Shown piece after piece: positions 56,154-64,000 of a DNA stretch of 64,000 bases. The DNA lies in contig JARRKQ010000003.1 in the NCBI GenBank assembly GCA_037387885.1, forward strand, positions 11,675 to 75,674. The letters run 5' to 3'. Made by a program: the position numbers and the translations under genes. The notes under the pieces are model-generated. The model was given only the letters and a program-made list of their open reading frames with translations. It was not told the origin of the DNA and ran no database searches. This DNA is from Alphaproteobacteria bacterium (GTDB lineage Bacteria; Pseudomonadota; Alphaproteobacteria; JAPULJ01). The stretch's first letter is position 1. The number at the start of each line of letters is the position of its first letter.

Positions 56154-57465
56154 ATTTCCCTGCTTTGATGAAGTTCTTGGGATCGACCGGCTTGCCGTCG
56201 ATCAGGATCTCGTAGTGGACGTGCGGGCCGTTGGAGCGGCCGCTGGTTCCGAGAAGCCCGACCTTGTGCCGATGGTCGATCTTTTCCCCCCGCTTGACCA
56301 GGATTTTGCGCAGATGCGCGTAGCGTGTCCGCAGACCCAATCCGTGATCAATCTCGACAAGCCAACCGTAACCGCCGCGCCAGCCGGCGAAGACCACCTT
56401 GCCCGGCGCGGTCGCCAGGACCGGCGTATTGATGTGATAGGCGAAATCCATGCCGTTGTGACGCGCCAGGCGATTGTTCATCGGATCCCGGCGCATGCCG
56501 AAGTGGCTGGACATCCGGTAGTGCTCCAACGGCGCCGTCAGCGGCAGGCGACGGGAGACAGCGCGAATGTAGCGCCAGCGCTCGATCCGCGAATCGAGGA
56601 GGGCGACCTTGAGCGCCAAGGGATCTTCCGCCCGCGTGGCGCGCTTGAAGGGCCCGCCGGCGCCGATGTTCTTGCCGTCGAGCCGGGCGGCGCGGCTGAC
56701 CAGCATCTCGAGATTGAGGCCGGTCATCTTGAGGACGCGCGAGGCTTCGCTGATCGTGCTGCTGGTGCCGTCGGACAGGCGGGTGACGAGGTTGTCCTGG
56801 CGGCTGCGCAGGCTGGCGAGCTGGTTTTGCAGCCGGGCCAGGTTGTTGCGCAACCGGTTGCGCTCTTCGGTGACGGCGCCGTGATCGTTGAGGATCGACT
56901 GGACCTCGTTGCCGATCGAGGCGAGACCGTGCTCCAGCGTGGCGTTGCGCGCGGTGAGCTCGCGCCAGTCGGTGACATGCCCGCCCGGCCGCACGCGGCG
57001 GCGCATCCGGCTGCGCGTCGCCGCGGCCAGGGCCTCGCGAAGATCGGCGAAGCTTTCGGGCGCCTTGCGCTTGGGGCTCGCCGTGGGATGGAACATCGTC
57101 ATCACCTGGGCCTGGCTGCGCTCCAGGCTGCGGGTGATGCTGAGCAACCGGCCGTTATGGGTCGCGACCTGGCGCATGGCCGATTTGTAGGCCTTCTTGG
57201 TCTCGGCGACCTCGCGGTTCTTGGCCCGGATCGCATCCTGGATGGTGGCGAAATAGAAGGTCGTATAGCCGACCCAGCCGATCACGAGCACGGCGACCAC
57301 GGCCATGCAGATCTGCATCGGCCGGGTGACCGAGACGAAGCTGACCTGTCCGTTGCGGCGATAGAAGATCTGCCGCTCGACGAACCACTTTTTCGAGGCG
57401 ACGGTGAACAGCGCTTTGGAAGAGGCCGCAAAATCCGTGGTGCGGCGGTCTGATTTGGATGTCAT
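56137..57465 (-). CDS. M23-family metallopeptidase (LytM-type) with N-terminal TM segment and coiled-coil region
   Basis: C-terminal HNGMDFA...GGYGWLVEIDHG.GL.TRYAHL...GRSNGPHVHYEI (H-x-x-x-D and H-x-H zinc motifs). TM helix ICMAVVAVLVIGWVGYTTFYF. Confidence 0.85.
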   Translation of the reverse strand: MTSKSDRRTTDFAASSKALFTVASKKWFVERQIFYRRNGQVSFVSVTRPMQICMAVVAVLVIGWVGYTTFYFATIQDAIRAKNREVAETKKAYKSAMRQVATHNGRLLSITRSLERSQAQVMTMFHPTASPKRKAPESFADLREALAAATRSRMRRRVRPGGHVTDWRELTARNATLEHGLASIGNEVQSILNDHGAVTEERNRLRNNLARLQNQLASLRSRQDNLVTRLSDGTSSTISEASRVLKMTGLNLEMLVSRAARLDGKNIGAGGPFKRATRAEDPLALKVALLDSRIERWRYIRAVSRRLPLTAPLEHYRMSSHFGMRRDPMNNRLARHNGMDFAYHINTPVLATAPGKVVFAGWRGGYGWLVEIDHGLGLRTRYAHLRKILVKRGEKIDHRHKVGLLGTSGRSNGPHVHYEILIDGKPVDPKNFIKAGKYVFKG

Positions 57466-57839
57466 CCCCTAATGTGCCTTTTCCTGTTCCAGATACGCCG
57501 GGATAGCGGATTGCTCCTCGACGCTTGTTTCAGGTCGGCCTCAAAACCGAAACACATGCTGGGGTTAGGCTACCCGCCACGAAACCGTTCCGGGGCGTGG
57601 CTGTCGCAGGTTTCGCCTGCTTCTTAGCGGTCGTTGCCGCACCACGCTTTACTTGATCACCTGCTGGTCTTGTATTTCACTTTTGTTGCAGACGATCTTT
57701 TTGTCTTAGGCTTGTTTGGCTTGTTTACACTCAAGGTTCGTGGAAACCGGCCCCCAATTGTTATTGGCAGACCCTACACAACCGCTTGAATGCTTGCAAG
57801 CACCCCGTTAACGATTTCAGTGCGATTCTTGGGTGAGTG

Positions 57840-57929
57840 TGGCGGAGAGGGCGGGATTCGAACCCGCGAGCCCCTTGCGGGACCAACGCCTTAGCAGGGC
57901 GCCGCCTTAAGCCACTCGGCCACCTCTCC
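57840..57929 (-). tRNA. tRNA-Ser (anticodon GCU)
   Basis: Reverse complement reads GGAGAGGTGGCCGAGTGGCTTAAGGCGGCGCCCTGCTAAGGCGT-long variable arm-GCGGGTTCGAATCCCGCCCTCTCCGCCA. Features: 7-bp acceptor stem, loop CUGCUAA, class II extra arm, encoded CCA. Confidence 0.9.
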
Positions 57930-58012
57930 GATTGAGCGCGAGAAACCAAAGTCTGGTTAACGCTCGATCCTAAGTAGCCACGGGCGTTACGGCTGTCAAC
58001 GTCGCCCCGACC

Positions 58013-58441
58013 CTATCGCATGCTCCAGTGTTTGTAGGCCTCCTTCATTTGCTCCAACGCCACCGAAATCTGATCCGGTTCGGCCCTGCTCGATTGTGCT
58101 ATGCGGCGATAGGTATCGCGCGCCTCGACGAAACGTATCCAATAGTCCGCCTGTTCGGCCGCCTCGCCGGCGCGCTGACCCGGATAGCGCCGCATCCCCT
58201 GCTCCTCGACCTCGACCAGGATCGCGCGCAGCCGCTTGGCGACGTCGGTCTCGCCGATCGAATAGGCATGAGTGAAAGCATCGAGGATCTTGTCGGTAAG
58301 GCGGCGGTTATATTCAGGGACACCAACTTCAACGGCCAGCTCCGAAGCGTTGAGTATGGTTTCGTTGGGCATGGCGCGAACTTCCGGTGGTACGGGTCCG
58401 GTGGGCGAAACATCCCGGATTTCGGCCAAAAGCCTATCCAA
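58013..58441 (-). CDS. Hypothetical protein (142 aa)
   Basis: ORF with plausible composition in a visibly lower-GC stretch. No family recognised. Confidence 0.5.
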   Translation of the reverse strand: MDRLLAEIRDVSPTGPVPPEVRAMPNETILNASELAVEVGVPEYNRRLTDKILDAFTHAYSIGETDVAKRLRAILVEVEEQGMRRYPGQRAGEAAEQADYWIRFVEARDTYRRIAQSSRAEPDQISVALEQMKEAYKHWSMR

Positions 58442-58596
58442 CGTTCGTTGCCATAGGTTTAAGGATACCGAGAATGCACCATAGATCGCCCGGCCGCCCG
58501 AGCCCGGCAGCGCCGGTCGAATCAGCCCCGGGCTTTACCAGATGTTAAGACTAACGCCGCCAAATTCGCCCGGTTGGTAAATGGAATCCAAACCGG

Positions 58597-58908
58597 ATGC
58601 TCAAGCAGATGTCAGACAAGACGCCCAGCAAGATGTCGCGCAAGACGCGCAGCAAGGTGTCGGAGATGAACACCGAGCCGCTCGTCCTGTCGCGCCCGAC
58701 CGTCGAGACCCTGATCGACCTCGTTGAGATCAAGCTCGGCTGCATCGAGATCTACGACCGCGACGACGCGCGCGAACTGAAGGCGCTGAAAGCCTGCCGC
58801 GACGAGCTGATGGTGCTGCGCGCCAGCAGCGCTCTGCCGAAGAAGGCGATGCTTCGCCCGGCTGCCGAGAGCCAGGCCGAAAGCCAAGTCGCCATGGAAA
58901 CGGCTTGA
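58597..58908 (+). CDS. Hypothetical protein (103 aa; may start at the internal MNTEPL)
   Basis: ORF divergent from 58013..58441, with a K/S/R-rich N-terminus. No family recognised. Confidence 0.45.
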   Translation: MLKQMSDKTPSKMSRKTRSKVSEMNTEPLVLSRPTVETLIDLVEIKLGCIEIYDRDDARELKALKACRDELMVLRASSALPKKAMLRPAAESQAESQVAMETA

Positions 58909-59034
58909 TACTAACGCGTCGCTAGGCACCAACGCGTCACTGCGTGCCGCGTTGTAGTTCCCTCAGGCGCCGGGCGGTCGCGTCCGCGACCTTGGCTTCC
59001 CTCGCATAAAGCTCGGACGCGCGGTCGCGCGTAT

Positions 59035-59067
59035 CAGAGACCAACGAGACGAACTCGCTGGTCTCTG
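59035..59067. repeat. Imperfect 13-bp-arm inverted repeat (hairpin) just downstream of proV
   Basis: cagagacca-a-cgag-acgaa-ctcg-c-tggtctctg. No U-run follows on either strand, so it is not a canonical intrinsic terminator. Confidence 0.4.
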
Positions 59068-59101
59068 CGACAACATTCCATTCCAACATTCACATCGAGG
59101 A

Positions 59102-60322
59102 TTACTGAACCGGCTTTTCGGGGCCGGTGGTCTCGGCCAGGGCGGCGATGATGGATTCGCGCGAGAGCATGCCCTGCACCTTGCCATCCGCATCGATCAC
59201 CGCGACCGGCAGATCGCCCCGCAAGGTCAGCGGCAGCACGTCTTCCAACACCATATCGGCGGTCGCGGTCTGCACCGGCTCGACGAGGCCCGCGATGTTG
59301 TCGGCGTTCTCGGCGATGGCGCGGCGCATGCGTGAGCCCGTGACCGCGCCCAGAAGCTTGCCGTTGGCATCGACGACATACGTGATCTGAAGCTCGCCAT
59401 TGCCGGCCCGGGTCAGCGCCTCCGCCGGCGCTTCGCTGGAGGTGACGACGGCGCAGTCGAGCTTGACACGGCCCGCGGTCAGCACCCGGCCGCGGTTCAC
59501 GTCCTCCACGAAGTCGGCGACGTAGTCCGTCGCTGGTGCGGTCAGGATCTCCTCGCCGGTGCCGACCTGCACGATCTCGCCGTCCTTCAGGATGGCGATG
59601 CGGTCGCCCAGGCGCAGCGCCTCGTCGAGGTCGTGGGTGATGAAGACGATGGTCTTCTTCAAGCGGCCCTGGAGGTCGATGAGCTGGTCCTGCATGTCGC
59701 GGCGGATCAACGGGTCGAGCGCGCTGAAGGCCTCGTCCATGAGCAGGATGTCGGTGTCCATGGCGAGCGCGCGGGCAAGGCCGACGCGCTGCTGCATGCC
59801 GCCGGAAAGCGCGTGGGGATAGCTGTCCTCGTAGCCGTCGAGGCCGACGGTGGCGACCCATTCGCGGGCCTTGGCGCGGCTCTCCTCGCGGGCGGCGCGG
59901 CCGGAGGCGCGCAGGTCCAGGCCGAACGAAACGTTCTCGATCACGGTGCGGTGGGGGAACAGGCCGAAGCGCTGGAACACCATCGCCATGCGCGCGCGGC
60001 GGAAGTCGGTGAGCGCGCGCTCGCCGAGCCCCATGATGTCCTCGCCGTCGACGAGCACCTGACCCGCGGTCGGATCGATGAGGCGGTTGAGGTGCCGGAT
60101 CAGCGTCGACTTGCCCGAGCCCGAAAGCCCCATGACGACGAAGGTCTGGCCTTGCGCGATCTGAAGCGACACGTCGCGGAGGCCGACCGTATGCCCGGTC
60201 TGCTCGAGCACCTCGTCCTTGCTGGCGCCCGCCTCGACCATGGGCAATACCTTGGCCGGCGTGGGGCCGAAGATCTTGGTGACGCCTTTTAGTTCGATCT
60301 TGATGGGCGCGCCGTCAGCCAT
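59102..60322 (-). CDS. proV: Glycine betaine/proline ABC transporter ATP-binding protein with C-terminal CBS pair
   Basis: Starts at ATG 60322 (MADGAPIKIELKGVTKIFG). Walker A GLSGSGKST, signature LSGGMQQRVGLARA, Walker B ILLMDEAFSALD. Confidence 0.9.
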   Translation of the reverse strand: MADGAPIKIELKGVTKIFGPTPAKVLPMVEAGASKDEVLEQTGHTVGLRDVSLQIAQGQTFVVMGLSGSGKSTLIRHLNRLIDPTAGQVLVDGEDIMGLGERALTDFRRARMAMVFQRFGLFPHRTVIENVSFGLDLRASGRAAREESRAKAREWVATVGLDGYEDSYPHALSGGMQQRVGLARALAMDTDILLMDEAFSALDPLIRRDMQDQLIDLQGRLKKTIVFITHDLDEALRLGDRIAILKDGEIVQVGTGEEILTAPATDYVADFVEDVNRGRVLTAGRVKLDCAVVTSSEAPAEALTRAGNGELQITYVVDANGKLLGAVTGSRMRRAIAENADNIAGLVEPVQTATADMVLEDVLPLTLRGDLPVAVIDADGKVQGMLSRESIIAALAETTGPEKPVQ

Positions 60323-60324
60323 CG

Positions 60325-61386
60325 TCAGTGCGCGCCGGTCTGGTAGTGCGCCTGCATGCGCCGGCCGTAGGCCTGGGTGATGCGGTCGAGCACGATGGCG
60401 AGGAGAACGATGCAAAGACCGGCGGTGAAGCCGGTGCCCGGCTCCTGGCGCTGCAGGCCGTAGAACACCTCTTGCCCCAGGCCGCGCACGCCGATCATCG
60501 AGGCGATCACGACCATGGCCAGCGCCATCATGATCGACTGGTTCACGCCCGCCATGACATTGGGGAGCGCCAGGGGTAGCTGGACGCGCCAGAGCTTCTG
60601 GCTGCGACTGGCGCCGAAGGCGGTGGCGGCCTCCATCACTTCCTTGTCGACGAGCCGCAGGCCGAGATCGGTCAAGCGGATGAGCGGCGGCGCGGCATAG
60701 ACCGCGGTCGCGAGAACGCCGGAGAAGGTGCCGAGCCCGAACAGCATCACCACCGGAATCAGATAGACGAAGGACGGCATCGTCTGCATGAAGTCGAGCA
60801 CCGGCCGCATCAACGTGCGGAAGCGGTCGGAAAGCCCCATGGCGATGCCGAGCGGCAGGCCGACGAGCGCCGTGACCAGGATCGAGACGCTGATGAGCGA
60901 CAGCGTCTGCATCGTCGGCTTCCAGAGCTGGAGCGCCCAGATCACCACGAAGGCGACGGCGACGAAGAGCGCGAGCGTCCATTTGCGGCTGGCGTGATAG
61001 GCGAAGAGCGCGAAGGCGATCGCCATCGCCGGCCAGGCGATGCCCTGATAGAGGAAGCGCTCGAAGAAGCCGATGGCGTAGACGATCGGGTTGGAGATGT
61101 TCTCGCGCAGCGCATCGCCGTACGCGGTGACCAGCCAATCGACGGCGCGGTCGACCCAGGCGGCGAGCGGCAGCAGGGGGTCGGCGCCCTCGGAGGCGGC
61201 GGAGAGCAGGCCGAGCCCGGCCAGGTCGGCGATCGCCAGGACGACGGCGACGGCAACCGCCACGCCCGCCGAGATGGCAAAGCGTTGTGAGCGGGCGAGC
61301 GCCGGCCGCGCGCCGACCACCACCAGCGCCACGCCAAAAGCGCCGGCTGCGATCAGCAGGAGCGAGACGATGCCCCCGAAGCTCAT
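60325..61386 (-). CDS. proW: Glycine betaine/proline ABC transporter permease
   Basis: EAA-type loop ...DKEVMEAATAFGASRSQKLWRVQLPLALP.... Polytopic, 353 aa. Confidence 0.9.
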   Translation of the reverse strand: MSFGGIVSLLLIAAGAFGVALVVVGARPALARSQRFAISAGVAVAVAVVLAIADLAGLGLLSAASEGADPLLPLAAWVDRAVDWLVTAYGDALRENISNPIVYAIGFFERFLYQGIAWPAMAIAFALFAYHASRKWTLALFVAVAFVVIWALQLWKPTMQTLSLISVSILVTALVGLPLGIAMGLSDRFRTLMRPVLDFMQTMPSFVYLIPVVMLFGLGTFSGVLATAVYAAPPLIRLTDLGLRLVDKEVMEAATAFGASRSQKLWRVQLPLALPNVMAGVNQSIMMALAMVVIASMIGVRGLGQEVFYGLQRQEPGTGFTAGLCIVLLAIVLDRITQAYGRRMQAHYQTGAH

Positions 61387-61544
61387 AACAAGCTAATGGG
61401 CAAACTCATGGCCGGTTTCCTCCCCAGGAACGGCACACCGCAAATTACGGCCACTAGCCTAGCGCATTTTCCAGATTGCGCAGAATCGACCCAGATCCGG
61501 CGCCCGCAGCGGATCCGAAACCTCGGTCTGTTTCGATCAGCGCC

Positions 61545-61592
61545 GGTTATCAGCCGGGTTATCAGCCCGGTTATCAGCCTGGTTATCAGCTA
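61545..61592. repeat. 12-bp tandem repeat GGTTATCAGCCN x4
   Basis: ggttatcagccg ggttatcagccc ggttatcagcct ggttatcagcta. The fourth unit contains the stop codon (61588..61586) of the upstream minus-strand membrane gene. Confidence 0.9.
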
Positions 61593-62749
61593 TGCGCGAA
61601 GAGGTACTTGCCGGTGTCCGGGTTCTCGCGCCGCCACATGACGTTGTCGAGGAAGTAGTGGTGCACGTTGATGAAGCTCCAAAACATGAAGAGGAACATC
61701 GCCGCACCGAAGGTCGCCTTGTCATAGGCGACGACATTGCCGAGCAAGCCGGGCGCAGCGATGAAGCCGACATAGCCGAGCAGCACCCCGACCGCGAGAA
61801 AGCCGATGAAGCGGAGATGCGCGGCGGTCGGAAAATAACGCGCGACGATGGCCATCCGCGGCGGCGCGGAACCTCCCGGACGGTCGCGCTCGACGTTCAT
61901 CCGGTAACGCGAGACCACGGTGATGTATTGCAGCGAATGGAAGGTCGGCACCAGCACCATCAACATCGGATCGAGACGCAGGACCAGCCAGACATAGAGA
62001 CTGGCGCCGTACGCAAAGACCCCGGTAAGCGGCGGCGGCTGGCCGTCGGCGCGCCACTTGCGGGCGAGCATCAATACGGTCAAGCCCGACGTCGTCGCCG
62101 CCACGCCCGCCGCGGCGTAGAGCACCGGCAGGGGCACGCTCAGCATGGCGTATTTGAGGCCCATGAAATCCCGCTCCGCGACCCACCAGTTGGCGAGCAG
62201 CCAATAGGCGAGCCAGCACGCATAGGCGTTGACGAGCAGGATCTTCTTTTCGCCCGCCGCGAAGAACCGCTTCTTCAACACCGCATCGACGATCAGCATG
62301 CCGTAGCCTTGCTTGACGTAATGCCAGCCGACCAGGAAGAAGGTCACATTGGCGAAAAAGCCCAGCAAGACGGCGTCGCCCTTGGCGTAGGCGATGGCGA
62401 AATAGGCGATCATCGCCAAGGGGACGGCGATCCCCGCCACGATGTAACGCAACCGCAACGCCCGCGGCAGATCGGCGCCGAAGGCCTTGGCCGCGAAGTT
62501 CCGGTAGAAGATCTGATACGAAAAGGCGAAGTGCGGGAAATTGAGCACATAGAGCAACGTCACGCTGACCGCCCCGACGGCGGACAGCATGCCCGGCAGG
62601 TCGCGCAGCAGCGCCAGCGCCGCGAAGACCAGCAGCGATCCGCCGCCAAGGCATAGGAAATCCACGACCGGATGGAGCAGATACGCCTCGCGCGGCGCTG
62701 CCTCGCCCGCAGCGCCGGGCCGATCCAGTCCGACGTCCAGCATCGCCAC
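61586..62749 (-). CDS. Polytopic membrane protein of unknown function (about 10 TM, conserved-looking His motifs) between proX and proW
   Basis: 387 aa with hydrophobic helices throughout. His-containing motifs lie at helix ends: NFPHF, GWHYVKQGYG, TFHSLQY, INVHHYFLDNVMW. I do not recognise the family. Confidence 0.65.
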   Translation of the reverse strand: MAMLDVGLDRPGAAGEAAPREAYLLHPVVDFLCLGGGSLLVFAALALLRDLPGMLSAVGAVSVTLLYVLNFPHFAFSYQIFYRNFAAKAFGADLPRALRLRYIVAGIAVPLAMIAYFAIAYAKGDAVLLGFFANVTFFLVGWHYVKQGYGMLIVDAVLKKRFFAAGEKKILLVNAYACWLAYWLLANWWVAERDFMGLKYAMLSVPLPVLYAAAGVAATTSGLTVLMLARKWRADGQPPPLTGVFAYGASLYVWLVLRLDPMLMVLVPTFHSLQYITVVSRYRMNVERDRPGGSAPPRMAIVARYFPTAAHLRFIGFLAVGVLLGYVGFIAAPGLLGNVVAYDKATFGAAMFLFMFWSFINVHHYFLDNVMWRRENPDTGKYLFAHS

Positions 62750-62882
62750 GCCAGCGCTCCTTGCGGGTCAATCGCAGCCCGGCATCGACGGGTTGCGGTC
62801 AACGCCGCGCCGCCGGCCGGGCAGTCGAGGCTAGCGGCCGAAGCCTTCCAGAGTGTTAATGCAGCTCGGCGCGAACGGAAGC

Positions 62883-62905
62883 GCCGGGCTCAGAACGAGC
62901 CCGGC
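62883..62905 (-). terminator. GC-rich 9-bp perfect hairpin about 45 nt downstream of proX (attenuator / transcript-stabilising or weak terminator)
   Basis: Minus-strand RNA GCCGGGCUC-GUUCU-GAGCCCGGC followed by GCUUCCGUU (only modestly U-rich). Confidence 0.4.
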
Positions 62906-62948
62906 GGAACCGTCCGAGAGCCCATGAAGCTACCGGAAACTACCTGTC

Positions 62949-63989
62949 TTAGAGCGCTTTCTTGACCCGTGCCGCGACGTCCGCGGGGACCCACTTGGTC
63001 CAGATCTCGGGATGCGCCTTCAGGAACTCCTGGGCGGCCTTCTTGCCGACCTTGTCCTTGTTCTCGCGCATATAGACCAGCGCCTTGTTCACCAGATCGT
63101 CCTTCATCTGGTACTTGCCGAGGAAGGCGATGATCTTGGGCGCTTTCTCCGCGAACTTCTTGTTGGCCGCGACATAGACCTTGATCGTGGGATAGGCAGT
63201 CGCCTCGACGCCCTTGCCGTCCTTCGACTTATCGAGCTTGTCCCACTTCGCCTTGTCGAAGGGCGGCTCCTTCAGCATGACCACGTCGTACTTTCCGAGC
63301 ACCCAGGTCGGGCCCCAGTAGTAGAAGACGATCGGCTTGCCGCGCTTGAAGGCGCTGCCGATCGCGGCCGCCAGCGCCGCGCCGGAGCCGGGCTGGAAGT
63401 TCGTATAGTCGCCGAGGAGATCGTAGGCGACGAGCTTCTTGGAGTTCACCCGCTCGCAGTTCCAGCCGAGCTTGCAGTTGTAGAAGCGGCCCTTGCTGGG
63501 CTGCTCGGGATCCTTGAAGAGCGCCTTGTATTTGGGCAGGTCCTTGACGCTCGTGAGGCCGGGCGCCATCGGCTTGATGCCCCGCTCCTTGTCGCCCTTG
63601 ACCAGATAGCGCGGCACGAACCAGCCCTGCACCGCGCCCTGGATTGAGACGCCGCCGGTCTCCATGACCCGGCCCGACTTCATCATCTTGGCCCAGATCT
63701 CGACGTTGTTGGCCTTCCAGAGTTCCATCAGGATATCGACGTCGCCACGGGCGAGCGCATTCAGGAGCGGCTGAGTGGTGCCGGGCACCGAGGTGGTCTT
63801 GCAGCCATAGCCCTTCTCGAGGATGAACTGGGCGACGGAATTGTGGAAATGGCTGCTGGCCCAGTCATTGCCGGCCATGCGGATCGTGCTGCTAACCTCG
63901 CAGCTCTGCGCCCCGGCGGGCGTGCCCGCACCGAGCACAAGCGCCAGCGCCGGTACGATCGTAAGCGTTCGAAGGAGTGTCTTGATCAC
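62949..63989 (-). CDS. proX: Glycine betaine ABC transporter substrate-binding protein
   Basis: Signal peptide MIKTLLRTLTIVPALALVLGAGTPAGA. ...MAGNDWASSHFHNSVAQFILEKGYGC...GDVDILMELW... has the aromatic-box residues typical of betaine binders. Confidence 0.85.
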   Translation of the reverse strand: MIKTLLRTLTIVPALALVLGAGTPAGAQSCEVSSTIRMAGNDWASSHFHNSVAQFILEKGYGCKTTSVPGTTQPLLNALARGDVDILMELWKANNVEIWAKMMKSGRVMETGGVSIQGAVQGWFVPRYLVKGDKERGIKPMAPGLTSVKDLPKYKALFKDPEQPSKGRFYNCKLGWNCERVNSKKLVAYDLLGDYTNFQPGSGAALAAAIGSAFKRGKPIVFYYWGPTWVLGKYDVVMLKEPPFDKAKWDKLDKSKDGKGVEATAYPTIKVYVAANKKFAEKAPKIIAFLGKYQMKDDLVNKALVYMRENKDKVGKKAAQEFLKAHPEIWTKWVPADVAARVKKAL

Positions 63990-64000
63990 GGATTGGTCCT

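Noticed and set aside
57840-58960. Genomic island integrated at tRNA-Ser
   Set aside because: There is no integrase, recombinase or phage gene, and I found no repeat of the tRNA 3' end in the following 1.2 kb. Only a composition shift and orphan genes remain, reported as a low-interest finding.
61387-62948. The two gaps flanking the unknown membrane gene are both exactly 199 bp, which might indicate insertion with duplicated flanks
   Set aside because: I compared the two gap sequences by eye and found no shared segments or terminal repeats, so I treat the equal lengths as coincidence.

Overview
Visibly GC-rich, alphaproteobacterial-type chromosomal segment with about 60 genes, 2 tRNAs, and no rRNA, CRISPR array or recognisable transposase/integrase. 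Many long ORFs in the six-frame track are antisense shadows of real genes, as expected at this GC content, and I did not call them. A housekeeping backbone is clear: parC; recO-era-rnc-lepB-acpS-pdxJ-spoT-rpoZ-folK; an NYN-domain gene and udg; smpB; dapA and slt. Accessory blocks interrupt it: (a) MarR / Rieske oxygenase / LLM oxidoreductase / gentisate-dioxygenase-like aromatic cluster with neighbours (1.8-9.9 kb); (b) a TctC-like / hydrolase / TctA uptake cluster (10-15.3 kb); (c) a TRAP transporter, two decayed-looking genes and a second Rieske oxygenase + SDR (27.4-36.3 kb); (d) a selenocysteine block (39.2-47.5 kb); (e) a proXWV betaine transporter with an unknown polytopic membrane gene inserted (59.1-64 kb). 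The most interesting part is block (d). selA-selB-tRNA(Sec)-selD (selD fused to an N-terminal flavoprotein oxidoreductase domain) is followed by two divergently transcribed genes, each carrying one in-frame TGA at the position of a redox-active cysteine. One is a CMD/AhpD-like protein with C-x-x-U-x-x-x-H (TGA 46114..46112, minus strand). The other is a peroxiredoxin-like/redoxin protein with W-U-P-Y-C (TGA 47130..47132, plus strand). Both have a hairpin whose loop starts 17 nt after the UGA. The ORF track, and probably any gene caller, splits or truncates both. No formate dehydrogenase is in the window, so these two thiol-redox proteins look like the local clients of the Sec machinery. Other observations: a frameshifted OYE-family gene; a MetE-like gene that appears to carry an in-frame deletion; several AT-rich palindromic operator candidates; coding and intergenic short tandem repeats (15-bp x7 in rnc, 9-bp x6 in arginase, 9-bp x3-4 with GANTC sites, 12-bp x4); a spoT N-terminus with no canonical start codon; and a bactofilin-M23 peptidase pair. 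All calls come from reading translations and sequence by eye. No database search or folding computation was run.
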